The notes under the pieces: model-generated
The model's input: the letters and a program-made list of their open reading frames with translations, nothing else
The model's database searches: none
Told to the model about the DNA's origin: nothing
Origin: Candidatus Omnitrophica bacterium UBA6253
GTDB lineage: Bacteria; Omnitrophota; Gorgyraeia; Gygaellales; Profunditerraquicolaceae
NCBI GenBank assembly: GCA_002441245.1
Contig: DJVP01000011.1
Location: 129,722 to 193,721 of the forward strand
Direction: 5' to 3'
Length of the DNA stretch: 64,000 nt
Part shown: piece after piece, positions 32,301-41,452 of the stretch
How positions within the stretch are numbered: the stretch's first letter is position 1
How the letters are laid out: every line of letters starts with the position of its first letter
Translations under genes and position numbers: made by a program

Positions 32301-32576
32301 CTTATCTTTGCGATTTTTAAAATCAAGCCTTCTCCATTCTGTATCCTGGATGAGATTGACGCTGCACTCGATGAGGCTAATGTGGACAGGTTCTCCAGGG
32401 TCTTGCAGGAATTCTCCAAGACTTCACAGTTTATTGTAATCACACACAACAAAAAGACGATTGTGAATGCCAGTATTATGTATGGCATTACTATGCAGCA
32501 ATCGGGTGTTTCAAAGATAGTTTCGGTGAAATTATCCCAGAACAAGGAAAAAGAGGAGCAGGCGGTTGCGGTTTAA
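29313..32576 (+). CDS. smc: Chromosome segregation protein SMC
   Basis: Walker A (GPNGCGKSN) at the N-terminus, long coiled coils, hinge, C-terminal LSGGEKS signature and Walker B (ILDEIDAALD). 1087 aa. Confidence 0.9.
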   Translation: MYFKRLELLGFKSFCDKTVLNFEPGITAVVGPNGCGKSNIFDSIRWVLGEQSAKSLRGSEMLDVIFNGADNKEPLSMAEVSLTFDNSTRFFNVEHPEVMITRRLFRSGESEYLLNKATVRLKDILDLLLGTGIGAESYSIIAQGKIDLVLSSRPEDRRMVFDEASGISKYKSQKRETTRKLEETEQNLLRVNDIVAEVKRQIGSLERQANKARRYKEVFEELKLKETDSAIMDRKSFLIQKDEIAKQLEDLKKEDLLLTESVAELEAKISNRQSELKVLEESLMASRSEILNLENSLVRNNEHIAFNQQRIAELTDNSQVLEGQIEQSRSKLLQDEEKLQVVRVEYDSLKQNIEDKQFVLVQKEEEIDKLSASIKSSLEAISESKRIILDLEARISNTHNEVSEFNSRHQVFLARKKRLEIEKAKVYEEKVIAEDALRKVAQELESTRELVDGLRQKIAAVKASLDQEGVNLNGINQEITNLENEKLTLVSHKEFLEKLKNKYDDIGESLNAVIYLDKLPRENVTGLVVKVSSQLSLSDEDRVHLAAALPMGGQTAAVDSAAFKISGEAKPIELDTQNISDKIARLEENLGELRSRKVLRQTCISELNSMSEGLELELRNHEITLANKESSHATILEQFNKIKEEEDVIVMELGDVGREISAIEQNLADAQARLSNLNNEERLKQDLIVQEEDSISLNSKEREKVLVLITQTKTEIEALNKRFSSDAATLKILDETYAQDKASLENIERQIAEAKERQQGLGFEIVDCQNKINEAGLQIKEKKSGLLEVELRYNEVSSGTVGVVKQIETSRKHLEQVNKQLHDLEMQGKDLDYRYSAIKERMGSAYKIDLDILEDPNKELDRDALANEIGELKRKLDSYGTVNLVAIEEYDELKQRYDFLIQQQTDLLTAKESLHQAILKINRTTKQMFIETFEKVKVEFKNYFRLLFNGGDAQLFLVDENDPLESGIEIICRPPGKKLQNVLLLSGGEKSMSAIALIFAIFKIKPSPFCILDEIDAALDEANVDRFSRVLQEFSKTSQFIVITHNKKTIVNASIMYGITMQQSGVSKIVSVKLSQNKEKEEQAVAV

Positions 32577-32579
32577 GAA

Positions 32580-33746
32580 TTAGCTGCAGCAGGTGTTATT
32601 CTTGCCCTGGTTTTTGGCTTTATAGAGTGATTTGTCTGAAGAGGTAATCAACTCCGCAGGAAGCTGCCCATTTTCAGGGAAGGTGGCGATTCCCAGGCTT
32701 ACCGTTAGAGATTTGTTAGCAAAGATATTTTCATTTAAGAAAGGGTATTTTTGAATATCTATCCTTAGCCGTTCAGCGATCATGTAAGCTTCTTTTTGCT
32801 CGGTTTGGGGCAAGATTATGGTGAATTCTTCGCCTCCATAGCGGCAGACATGATCCATCTTGCGCGATTGATTACGTAAAAGCTGCGCCAAGTCTTTTAA
32901 TATCCTGTCTCCTGTCTGATGCCCCAAGGTGTCGTTGTAAACCTTAAAATTATCTATATCTATAGTAATTAAACTAAGTTTGCTTTTAGTTGCCTTAGCT
33001 TTTTCTACCTCTGTCTGCAGGAGGTATTGAAAATATCCGTGGTTCCAGAGGCCGGTTAGGTAATCCGAGTGTGCGCGTTCGGAGGTTAATTCAAAAAGCT
33101 GGGAGTTTTCAATTGCCAGGCCAGCCTGGTTGGCTAACATGGTAAGCATGCGTATATCGTCTTTAGTAATCGGGTCATTGGTGATAAAATTATCCGCAAT
33201 GATGATTCCGTTTACCCGGTCTTTTGCTTTTAACGGAATAAGCAAGAGTTCGTTGCTTTCCAGTATTTTAATTACGGGAGAGTTCTGGTACTTTTTGATG
33301 GTTTGATTGGTTAAATGTAAAGGCATGCCTTCCAGGACTGCCAGGGAAAGAGGGTTTTCATCTTTGTCCTGCATGGATACCTTTAGGCTTTTGACCTGGC
33401 GGTTAAAACCGGATTCCAATACCCAACTGGAATTCTTAAAGGCATTAATCAGGTCATCCAGATCCATTTTTTCCTCTTCGATCTTGGTCCAGGCGATGTT
33501 GGCCTCTTCGCCGTTTTCTGGGCCGATGCCCATTTTGCCTTCAATGATCTTTTCTTTTTCATTGACCAAAAAAAGCATGGCGCGATTGAATCCTAACCCC
33601 GTATGTGCGGTTACCCCGGTAAGAATAATGTAGAGGATTTCATCCAGTTTTAAGGTGGTACGCATGGCATTGGAGATTTCGTAAAGTATCCCCAGCTCGA
33701 TTTTTGTGCGTTCAAGTTCGATTTTCAGCTTATTTAGTTCTTCCAT
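32580..33746 (-). CDS. GAF-domain diguanylate cyclase (GGDEF)
   Basis: N-terminal GAF domain and a C-terminal GGDEF domain with RYGGEEF. The only minus-strand gene, convergent on smc. Confidence 0.85.
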   Translation of the reverse strand: MEELNKLKIELERTKIELGILYEISNAMRTTLKLDEILYIILTGVTAHTGLGFNRAMLFLVNEKEKIIEGKMGIGPENGEEANIAWTKIEEEKMDLDDLINAFKNSSWVLESGFNRQVKSLKVSMQDKDENPLSLAVLEGMPLHLTNQTIKKYQNSPVIKILESNELLLIPLKAKDRVNGIIIADNFITNDPITKDDIRMLTMLANQAGLAIENSQLFELTSERAHSDYLTGLWNHGYFQYLLQTEVEKAKATKSKLSLITIDIDNFKVYNDTLGHQTGDRILKDLAQLLRNQSRKMDHVCRYGGEEFTIILPQTEQKEAYMIAERLRIDIQKYPFLNENIFANKSLTVSLGIATFPENGQLPAELITSSDKSLYKAKNQGKNNTCCS

Positions 33747-33833
33747 AATGTTTTAAGTGTAGCACATTTTTTGCTAAAGTCAAGAAAGGGCAAACAGAAG
33801 CGCCATCTGATTATAAGGAAGGGTGTTAATTAG

Positions 33834-33862
33834 TTGACATTTCTTGAGTATTATTATATAAT
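33834..33862 (+). promoter_or_regulatory. Perfect consensus sigma70 promoter TTGACA-N17-TATAAT driving the secreted-protein pair
   Basis: TTGACA at 33834-33839, a 17-nt spacer, TATAAT at 33857-33862; the first secreted-protein gene then starts at an ATG (33923) with a GAGGAAG RBS. Confidence 0.75.
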
Positions 33863-33922
33863 TAACATAATGATTTTTGCAAGATTTGTAGTCACCTTGC
33901 CCTTGCTGGAGAAGAGGAAGAT

Positions 33923-34411
33923 ATGTTAAGATTATCAAAGATTATTTTATTAGTTTTGTTTGTTTTTGTTTTCTTTGCTCCGGCCATTTTCGCCGAAGAT
34001 ATCACTATTACCACATATTATCCTTCTCCGTATGGAAGCTACAATGAACTACAGTTATACCCGCATACTCCAGCTATTACTACCTGTGATGCTACTCACG
34101 GTATTGGTACGATGTTTTATGATTCCTCTACTAACGAGATAAAAGTTTGTCATGGATCTGCGGGTTGGCTAACACTTAACAGTGGCATAAGCTATACATA
34201 CTATTGCTTTAACCTTAGCCTTGGCACTCCTGTGTGTTCAAACGCAGGAGGTACTCAAGGTTATTGTCCCTCAGGATATAAACAGAAGCTTGCTCTTGGT
34301 TCATGGGGAGCTTGCGGTAACGTCGGTTACCACTATTTTCTTCCACCAGGAGGAACTTGTGATGCTTATCCTACTTCCATTGCCGGTCAAGCGTATGTAT
34401 GTTCTCAGTAG
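33923..34411 (+). CDS. Secreted Cys-rich protein (8 Cys) sharing its signal peptide and first mature residues with the next gene
   Basis: Signal peptide ...FAPAIFA|EDITITTYYPSPYGSY. Eight cysteines in the mature part. No recognisable catalytic motif. Confidence 0.5.
   Translation: MLRLSKIILLVLFVFVFFAPAIFAEDITITTYYPSPYGSYNELQLYPHTPAITTCDATHGIGTMFYDSSTNEIKVCHGSAGWLTLNSGISYTYYCFNLSLGTPVCSNAGGTQGYCPSGYKQKLALGSWGACGNVGYHYFLPPGGTCDAYPTSIAGQAYVCSQ
33981..34041 (+). repeat. 61-nt perfect direct repeat, copy 1 (signal-peptide end plus EDITITTYYPSPYGSY)
   Basis: Identical to 34485..34545. Confidence 0.9.
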
Positions 34412-34414
34412 ACA

Positions 34415-35080
34415 ATGTTTTTTAATATGGAACGTTTATTAAAGATTGCTTTATTAATTCTCCTTGTTTTAATTATTTCCACGTCGGCCATTTTCGCCGA
34501 AGATATCACTATTACCACATATTATCCTTCTCCGTATGGAAGCTATGATTCTCTTTTTACCGATAAACTTGGCGTGGGAGATAATAACAATGATACCCTT
34601 TATACTTCCGCTGATGTGCCCACTACTACCGGAGATGTTTGGATTAAAGGCAGACTTGGCATAGGAACGATGACCCCGGGTGCGTATAAAATAAACGTTG
34701 TTGGGGCAGCTGGATTGAGCACAGGAACTGCCTGGACTAATACATCTGACCGGCGCTGGAAAGATATCAAGAGCGAGTTGAAAGGCATCTCTCTCAGTAA
34801 AATTCTGGCTTTGCGTCCTGTATCTTATACGTGGAATAAACTGCACAATGAGCAGTTTGGAAAGAACACAGATTTAAAGTATGGATTTATCGCGCAAGAG
34901 GTCGAAGATATCTTTCCGACTATGATTACGCAGGATGAAGAAGGATATTATTGGTATAATCCTAGCGGTATGGAGGCGATTCTGACGGCTGCTATCCAGG
35001 AACAACAGGATATTATTAAGGCTCAACAGGTTGAGATTGATGGATTAAAGGCCAGGTTGAATAAGCTGGAAAGAAAGTAG
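34415..35080 (+). CDS. Secreted tail-fibre-like protein with a C-terminal intramolecular-chaperone (peptidase S74 / endosialidase chaperone) domain
   Basis: Same N-terminal cassette as the previous gene. C-terminal SDRRWKDI...LRPVSYTW...YGFIAQEVEDIFP...coiled coil matches the auto-cleaving chaperone domain of phage tail spikes and endosialidases. Confidence 0.7.
   Translation: MFFNMERLLKIALLILLVLIISTSAIFAEDITITTYYPSPYGSYDSLFTDKLGVGDNNNDTLYTSADVPTTTGDVWIKGRLGIGTMTPGAYKINVVGAAGLSTGTAWTNTSDRRWKDIKSELKGISLSKILALRPVSYTWNKLHNEQFGKNTDLKYGFIAQEVEDIFPTMITQDEEGYYWYNPSGMEAILTAAIQEQQDIIKAQQVEIDGLKARLNKLERK
34485..34545 (+). repeat. 61-nt perfect direct repeat, copy 2
   Basis: Identical to 33981..34041. 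Confidence 0.9.
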
Positions 35081-35107
35081 AAACGTCCGATAATCTTTGT
35101 TAGATTG

Positions 35108-35152
35108 CCCTCTTTTTTACGTCAGTTAGAGTAGAAAGGAGGGATTTTTTGT
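35108..35152 (+). terminator. Putative intrinsic terminator after the secreted-protein pair
   Basis: ccctctttt ... aaaggaggg stem with one bulge and a ~19-nt loop, followed by attttttgtt. Confidence 0.35.
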
Positions 35153-35165
35153 TACGGGAATGTGG

Positions 35166-35194
35166 TTGACACTTTAACGGTGGCAAGTTATAAT
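35166..35194 (+). promoter_or_regulatory. Perfect consensus sigma70 promoter TTGACA-N17-TATAAT upstream of recA
   Basis: TTGACA at 35166-35171 and TATAAT at 35189-35194; recA starts at 35227 with a GGAGGGG RBS. Confidence 0.75.
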
Positions 35195-35226
35195 ATTTAC
35201 TTAAATTTAAATAGCGGAGGGGTAGA

Positions 35227-36252
35227 ATGGTAGCTGAAAAAAAGAAAGAAGAGATAAGAGAGGCAACAGACCGGCAAAAGGCGCTGGATCTGGCGTTGGC
35301 GCAGATAGAAAAGCAGTTTGGTAAGGGGTCGATTATGAAGCTGGGGGCGCATACCAAGGCCAATGTTGAGATAATATCAACAGGTGCGCTTACATTAGAC
35401 CTTGCTTTGGGGGTTGGCGGCCTGCCGCGGGGAAGGGTAGTTGAGATATTCGGTCCGGAGGCTTCCGGAAAGACTACTTTGACATTAACTGCGATAAGAG
35501 AGATCCAGAAAAAAGGCGGGGTGGCGGCATTTATTGACGCAGAGCATGCTTTTGACCCTACTTATGCCAAGATAATTGGTTTGAATTTAGATGACCTTTT
35601 GATTTCTCAGCCGGATACCGGTGAGCAAGCTTTGGAAATTACGGAGACCCTGGTGCGTTCCAATGCTGTAGATTTGGTGGTGGTTGATTCAGTTGCGGCG
35701 TTGACTCCGCGAGCGGAGATTGAGGGAGAAATGGGGGATTCGCATATGGGCTTGCAGGCGCGGTTAATGTCGCAGGCCTTACGTAAGTTGACCGGCTCAA
35801 TCAGTAAATCGCGCACTACAGTAATTTTTATCAATCAGTTAAGAGAAAAGATCGGAGTTATGTTTGGTTCGCCTGAGACAACTCCCGGAGGACGCGCGCT
35901 TAAGTTCTATTCATCAGTAAGGTTGGATGTGCGCAGGATCGCTTACTTAAAAGAAGGGGATAAGGTCATTGGTAACCATGTCAGGGTAAGGGTGGTTAAA
36001 AATAAAGTCGCTCCACCGTTTCGTGAGGCGGAGTTTGATATTATGCATAACGAGGGGATTGCCAAAACCGGCGCAGTGATTGATGCCTCAGTAAGTTTAG
36101 GGGTGATTGCTAAGGCCGGGACCTGGCTTTCGTTTGAAGATAAAAAGTTAGGCCAGGGGCGGGATGCGGCGATAAAGTTCTTAAAAGAAAATCCAAGATT
36201 ACAGGAAGATATTGAAAAGGAAGCGCGTAAGCAGTTTGACCTCGCCAAATAA
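35227..36252 (+). CDS. recA: Recombinase RecA
   Basis: [10 protein letters not shown] Walker A and the [14 protein letters not shown] RecA signature. Confidence 0.97.
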   Translation: MVAEKKKEEIREATDRQKALDLALAQIEKQFGKGSIMKLGAHTKANVEIISTGALTLDLALGVGGLPRGRVVEIFGPEASGKTTLTLTAIREIQKKGGVAAFIDAEHAFDPTYAKIIGLNLDDLLISQPDTGEQALEITETLVRSNAVDLVVVDSVAALTPRAEIEGEMGDSHMGLQARLMSQALRKLTGSISKSRTTVIFINQLREKIGVMFGSPETTPGGRALKFYSSVRLDVRRIAYLKEGDKVIGNHVRVRVVKNKVAPPFREAEFDIMHNEGIAKTGAVIDASVSLGVIAKAGTWLSFEDKKLGQGRDAAIKFLKENPRLQEDIEKEARKQFDLAK

Positions 36253-36751
36253 TCCAGAGGGGCATGGTCTGGCTTCCAATAGCCAAAGCCATAGGCCTCA
36301 AGGCCAAAGCCCGGAAAAAGCCAGGGAATACGCTTTCCTGCTGCTTAAATTCCGTCTGCGCAGCGAGAAGGAATTGTTGCAAAGATTAAAGCAGAAGGGG
36401 TTCTCCGAAGAGCTATGCCGGGATACGGTAAATTTCTTAAAAGATAGAGAATTTATTAATGACCGCGTTTTTGCCAGAGGCTGGGTTGCCAGCCGGCTTA
36501 AGCGGCCATTTGGTTTAAGAAGAATAAAACAAGAGTTAGTCCAGAAAGGCCTGGATAGAGAGGTTATTGAGGATACTTTTTCTCGGGCAAGAGAGGGTTA
36601 TGACGAGAGTAGTATAATCAAGATGTTGGCGGAGAAAAGATTTTCTAAGTTAAAAGGCGTGGAGCCGCTTAAAGCGAGGCAGCGGGTATATGCGTATTTG
36701 ATGCGCAGAGGATTCTCGCCAGATTTGATTAGCTCTGTAGTGAATAAGTAA
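36212..36751 (+). CDS. recX: Regulatory protein RecX (true start probably downstream of 36212)
   Basis: Three-helix-repeat RecX-family sequence, directly after recA. Confidence 0.75.
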   Translation: MKRKRVSSLTSPNNPEGHGLASNSQSHRPQGQSPEKAREYAFLLLKFRLRSEKELLQRLKQKGFSEELCRDTVNFLKDREFINDRVFARGWVASRLKRPFGLRRIKQELVQKGLDREVIEDTFSRAREGYDESSIIKMLAEKRFSKLKGVEPLKARQRVYAYLMRRGFSPDLISSVVNK

Positions 36752-36766
36752 CAACGAGTTTAATAA

Positions 36767-36816
36767 TATTTGTTTTGTAAACTATAGGAATATAAAGAAA
36801 TACGTAAAGTGTCTAC
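36767..36816 (+). promoter_or_regulatory. Bipartite motif copy F (TATTTGTTTTGTAAA-N19-TACGTAAAGTGTCTAC) upstream of alaS
   Basis: 19-nt spacer. The alaS ATG is 4 nt after the motif. Confidence 0.55.
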
Positions 36817-36820
36817 AGAT

Positions 36821-39469
36821 ATGAATGCGGATAATTTGAGAGAAAAGTTCTTAATGTTTTTTAAGGACAAGAAACACAAGATTGTCGAGAGTGATTCTTT
36901 GGTCCCCAAGGATGACCCTACGGTGTTGTTTACTCCTGCAGGGATGAATCAGTTTAAAAAAGAATTTATGGGGTTTGATTCGGGGTTTAAGCGCGCCGCT
37001 ACTTCTCAACGTTGCCTGCGTACGGATGATTTGGATAAGGTAGGCAAAACCAGTGCGCACCATACTTTCTTTGAAATGCTAGGAAATTTTTCCTTTGGCG
37101 ATTATTTTAAGGCTGATGCGATTGCCTGGGCCTGGGAGTTTTTAACTAAGGAATTACGCATAGACCAGGATAAGCTTTGGGTTTCAGTCTATCAGGATGA
37201 TGACGAAGCTTATAATATCTGGAAAGATAAAATAGGCATACCTGAAAAAAAGATTGTAAAATTGGGGGATAAAGATAATTTTTGGCCCGCAGAGGCTAAG
37301 GCAAAAGGGCCTAATGGGCCATGCGGCCCCTGTTCAGAGATCTTCTATGATTTTGGGCCTGGCGTAGGATGCGGGGAAAAGATTTGCGACCCATCTTGCA
37401 GCTGCGGAAGATTTGTGGAAATATGGAACCTGGTGTTTACCCAGTTTAACCGTAAAGATGATGGTTCGCTGGCGCCGCTGCCGAATAAGAATATTGATAC
37501 TGGTATGGGCCTTGAGAGGCTGGCTGCGGTTATGCAGTGTAAGCAGAATAATTTTGAGACGGAATTATTCCAACCGATAATAAAAGAGATAATCCGGGGC
37601 CTGCTCCCGCAGGGGCCTGCTCCCGAAAATAAGCTTCTTTATGCGATTAGCGACCATTTAAGGGCAGTAGTTTTCTCAATATACGATGGTATTTCTCCGT
37701 CAAATGAAGGCCGCGGGTATATAGTCAGGAAGATTATCCGTAAGAGCGTAATGCATTTAAGGAGCCTAGGGATTACCAAGCCGTTTTTAAATAAACTGGT
37801 CGGACAGCTTGCACAAATTATGCAGCAGCCTTATCCGGATTTAAAGGATAGGCAGGAAGATATCGCGCAGGTTATTTTGAATGAAGAGGTTAATTTTATT
37901 AATACTTTAAAGTTAAGCAGTACTTTGGTGGATAGTGAAATTGAAAAAATAAAAACAGAATTAGATGGTGATCCAAAAGTAGAAGGTTTTACTATTGCCA
38001 GCGCACCTACTTCTAGCGCAATAGGTATTGCTGCTTTCAGATTATACGATACCAATGGTATTCCTTTAGAGATAACCAAGGATGAATTAGAAAAAAGGCA
38101 TATTAAAGTTGGGGATAATTGTGATATAGCCTTTCAGGAAGAGCTTGAGAAACAGAAGAATCTTTCTAAATCATCCAGCAGGATGAAGGGCGATGTTTTT
38201 GACGCTAAAGGGTTAGGTTTAAAATTGAATGAGACAAAGTTTCTTGGATATAAAGAGAATTCCTGCCAAGCCAATATTCTGGCTATCTTGAAAGACGGTA
38301 AAGAAATAAATGAGGCCTTAGCCGTAGATGGCTTAGAAATAGTTTTAGATCAGACTCCGTTTTATGCGGAATCCGGCGGTCAGGTTGGGGATACCGGCAA
38401 ACTGATAAGCGGTGATAATGTTTTTGAGGTCAGCGGCACCCGGAAAGCAGGCAATGTTTTTTTACATATTGGCAAGGTTAGTTCTGGCGCCTTTAAAAAA
38501 GGCGATAAGGCGATAGTGCAGATAAATGTTGAGCGTAGATTAAATATTGCCAGAAACCATACCGCTACGCACATACTGCAGGCAGCGCTGCGGCAAGTCC
38601 TGGGAAACCACGTTCAGCAACAAGGATCATTAGTTGCTGAGGATAGATTCCGTTTTGATTTTACGCATTTTAAAGGCCTATCCAAAGAAGAGATTGCCAG
38701 GGTTGAAGAGGTGGCGAATAGCTGGGTTGTTAAAAATCAGGCGGTAAGCTGTAAAGAGATGGCTTTTAAAGAGGCAAAGAAAGCAGGGGCATTAGCTTTC
38801 TTTGAGGAAAAATATGGCGAGAGCGTGCGCGTGGTTTCTATCGGAGAGATTTCTAAAGAATTGTGCGGAGGAACGCATCTTGACAATATTGGCGAAATCG
38901 GCCTTATAAAAATAACCAGCGAAAGTTCAGTGGCCAGCGGGATCAGGAGGATTGAAGGCGTCACCGGTAGTTTCGCAGAACAGTTTATTAAAGATGAACA
39001 AGGCAAGGCTGTTGAAGAATCTAAAAAGAAAAATAAACTAAAGAAGTTAAAAGAGCAGGAGAAAAAGCGCGGTTTAGAGATAAATAATCGCCTGCCAGAT
39101 GTAGCGGCGAGGCTTATAGATGATAAAGCAGAGATTAATGGCGTTAATGTTATCTCTTCGCTTGAGGCGGGTTTTGACATGAATGCCTTACGGCTTTTAG
39201 CAGATAAGGTGAAAAAGGGTCTGAAGCAAGCTGTGATTGCTTTGGGTTCGCAGGATGATGAACAGAAAAAAGCGTATTTGGTTATCGCGGTTACACAGGA
39301 TTTATTATCCAGAGGTTTAGATGCGAGTGTATTAATCCGCCAGATCGCTCCGGTTATCGGAGGTTCAGGCGGAGGCAGGCAGGATTTTGCCCAGGCCGGA
39401 GGGACATTACCTGAAAATTTTACATTGGCATTTGAGCAATTAAGAGTTATAATTAAAAGTTCCATATAG
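36821..39469 (+). CDS. alaS: Alanine--tRNA ligase
   Basis: Class II aaRS motifs, HHTFFEMLGNFSFGDYFK, editing-domain HxxxH (NHTATHIL) and CGGTH zinc motifs, C-terminal DHHA1. The ATG at 36821 lies 4 nt after bipartite motif copy F. Confidence 0.95.
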   Translation: MNADNLREKFLMFFKDKKHKIVESDSLVPKDDPTVLFTPAGMNQFKKEFMGFDSGFKRAATSQRCLRTDDLDKVGKTSAHHTFFEMLGNFSFGDYFKADAIAWAWEFLTKELRIDQDKLWVSVYQDDDEAYNIWKDKIGIPEKKIVKLGDKDNFWPAEAKAKGPNGPCGPCSEIFYDFGPGVGCGEKICDPSCSCGRFVEIWNLVFTQFNRKDDGSLAPLPNKNIDTGMGLERLAAVMQCKQNNFETELFQPIIKEIIRGLLPQGPAPENKLLYAISDHLRAVVFSIYDGISPSNEGRGYIVRKIIRKSVMHLRSLGITKPFLNKLVGQLAQIMQQPYPDLKDRQEDIAQVILNEEVNFINTLKLSSTLVDSEIEKIKTELDGDPKVEGFTIASAPTSSAIGIAAFRLYDTNGIPLEITKDELEKRHIKVGDNCDIAFQEELEKQKNLSKSSSRMKGDVFDAKGLGLKLNETKFLGYKENSCQANILAILKDGKEINEALAVDGLEIVLDQTPFYAESGGQVGDTGKLISGDNVFEVSGTRKAGNVFLHIGKVSSGAFKKGDKAIVQINVERRLNIARNHTATHILQAALRQVLGNHVQQQGSLVAEDRFRFDFTHFKGLSKEEIARVEEVANSWVVKNQAVSCKEMAFKEAKKAGALAFFEEKYGESVRVVSIGEISKELCGGTHLDNIGEIGLIKITSESSVASGIRRIEGVTGSFAEQFIKDEQGKAVEESKKKNKLKKLKEQEKKRGLEINNRLPDVAARLIDDKAEINGVNVISSLEAGFDMNALRLLADKVKKGLKQAVIALGSQDDEQKKAYLVIAVTQDLLSRGLDASVLIRQIAPVIGGSGGGRQDFAQAGGTLPENFTLAFEQLRVIIKSSI

Positions 39470-39516
39470 CGGGTAATTAGAATACAACGGGTAGAATGTA
39501 GGTAAATACAAAAAAG

Positions 39517-40740
39517 ATGAAGATAGTTAAGGCGGCGAGCAAAAAAATAGATAAGATTTATAACCGTGGTTTAACGCGGCAGATCCGTGTTGAGGAAAAG
39601 GTCAGGAAGATTATTGATGATGTGCGCCTTTTTGGTGATGAGGCGCTGATTAAATACACCAAGAAGTTTGATAAGGTAAAAATGCTTCCGAGGCAGTTAA
39701 AGGTCTCGGAGATTGAAATCAGCGGTGCCTACGCAAATATCAGCCCGAATTTTGTCAGTTCCCTTAAGGTAGTTATAGAGAATGTAAATCGTTTTTATCG
39801 CAAGCAGCTGCGTAAATCCTGGAGGATAAAGGATATTGAGGGCGCAGTTTTAGGCGAAAATTATACGCCCCTGGAAAAAGCGGGTATTTATATTCCCGCT
39901 GGGACCGCGCCGCTTGTTTCAACTGTTTATATGACGGTTTTGCCGGCAAAACTGGCAGGAGTAAAAAAGATTGTCCTGGTAAGCCCGCCGGACAAAAATG
40001 GCTATATTAACCCGCACATCTTAGTTATTGCCGACCTTTTAAAGGTTGATGAGATTTATCGTGTTGGCGGGGCGCAGGGAATTGCGGCCTTGGCGTATGG
40101 GACCAAGACTATCCCCAGAGTGGATAAGATTGTCGGGCCGGGTAATATTTATGTAAGCGAGGCAAAGCGGCAGGTTTTTGGTTTGGTTGATATCGATATG
40201 ATTGCCGGGCCAACAGAACTGGTGATTATTGCCAATCGTTTTAGTGACCCGAAATTTATTGTTGCTGACCTGCGCGCCCAGGCAGAACACGCCAAAGGCC
40301 TGGCGATATTAATTACAAATTCCAAGGCGCTGGCCAAGGAAGTAAAATCTCAGTTGGATGGCGATAACGGGTATATTATTTTAACCAAGAATTTAGAACA
40401 AGCCTGCGAGATTGCTAATAAGATTGCGCCTGAGCATTTGGAGATTCTGGTGCAAAATCCTAATGGTTTGGTTAAAAACATAAAGAATGCCGGGGCAATA
40501 TTTTTAGGGCCTTATAGCCCTGCTGCCGTTGGAGATTATGTTGCCGGTCCAAGCCATGTCTTACCGACAAGCGGCACAGCCAGATTTTTCTCCGGTTTAA
40601 GTGTGTGTGATTTTATGAAGAGTAGCCATATTATCAGTTATTCTAAAAAGGCACTGGAGAAAATGCGCGAGCCGTTGGAGAAGATTGCCGGTATTGAAGG
40701 GCTGCAAAAGCATGTGGAATCGGTAAAATCCAGATTTTAA
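39517..40740 (+). CDS. hisD: Histidinol dehydrogenase
   Basis: HisD family. 407 aa. Confidence 0.95.
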   Translation: MKIVKAASKKIDKIYNRGLTRQIRVEEKVRKIIDDVRLFGDEALIKYTKKFDKVKMLPRQLKVSEIEISGAYANISPNFVSSLKVVIENVNRFYRKQLRKSWRIKDIEGAVLGENYTPLEKAGIYIPAGTAPLVSTVYMTVLPAKLAGVKKIVLVSPPDKNGYINPHILVIADLLKVDEIYRVGGAQGIAALAYGTKTIPRVDKIVGPGNIYVSEAKRQVFGLVDIDMIAGPTELVIIANRFSDPKFIVADLRAQAEHAKGLAILITNSKALAKEVKSQLDGDNGYIILTKNLEQACEIANKIAPEHLEILVQNPNGLVKNIKNAGAIFLGPYSPAAVGDYVAGPSHVLPTSGTARFFSGLSVCDFMKSSHIISYSKKALEKMREPLEKIAGIEGLQKHVESVKSRF

Positions 40741-40840
40741 GCGGGTCCTGTCGCAGGCTAGTCGTACACCGCGGCTAAAATTTAACCTGCGCCACCTTCC
40801 CCTTAATAACTATTGCCATTTACATAGAAAGAGAGAGAGA

Positions 40841-41452
40841 ATGAAGAAGAGAAGCGCTGAAGTAAAAAGAAAAACTAAAGAGACAGAGATTACCGTTAAA
40901 TTGTTAATTGGTGGCCAGGGTAAAGGAAAGATTGATACCGGTATAGGGATATTGGACCACATGTTGGAATTGTTTAGCTTTCATGGTTTATTTGACCTGG
41001 ATATCCGGGCCAAAGGCGATCTTAAGGTAGATATTCATCACACCAATGAAGATATCGGTATTGTTTTGGGGGATGCTTTTAAGAAGGCACTGGGGGATAA
41101 AAAGGGGATTAAGAGGTTTGGTTCTATCGCTGTTCCTATGGAGGACGTAGTTGCTAATGTGGTTGTGGATATAAGCGGAAGGGGATTTTTTAACGGGATA
41201 AAATTTACTGTTCCAAAAGATGCAGCTTTTCAAAAAGATGAAGGCTATTCCTTTGAATACGCCAATCATTTCTTTGAGGCATTTGCCAAAAGGCTGGGGA
41301 TGAATCTGGGTATAAATATCTCAAGCTTAAATCCCGACCTGCATACTAATTTAGAGCCTATTTTTAAGGGATTAGGTATTGCTTTGGATCAAGCCACTCA
41401 AATTGACCCTCGAAGAAAAGGCATTCCTTCTACCAAAGGTGTTATTGACTAA
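40841..41452 (+). CDS. hisB: Imidazoleglycerol-phosphate dehydratase
   Basis: IGPD motifs GIGILDHMLELFSFHG and DIHHTNEDIG. Confidence 0.9.
   Translation: MKKRSAEVKRKTKETEITVKLLIGGQGKGKIDTGIGILDHMLELFSFHGLFDLDIRAKGDLKVDIHHTNEDIGIVLGDAFKKALGDKKGIKRFGSIAVPMEDVVANVVVDISGRGFFNGIKFTVPKDAAFQKDEGYSFEYANHFFEAFAKRLGMNLGINISSLNPDLHTNLEPIFKGLGIALDQATQIDPRRKGIPSTKGVID

Noticed and set aside
38737-39465. 242-aa minus-strand ORF inside alaS, and other long antisense ORFs such as 3545..4087, 29828..30370, 51511..52161 and 14337..14690
   Set aside because: Each lies entirely antisense to a strongly conserved + strand gene. The translations are low-complexity, Ser/Leu-rich, with no recognisable domains. These are typical shadow ORFs.
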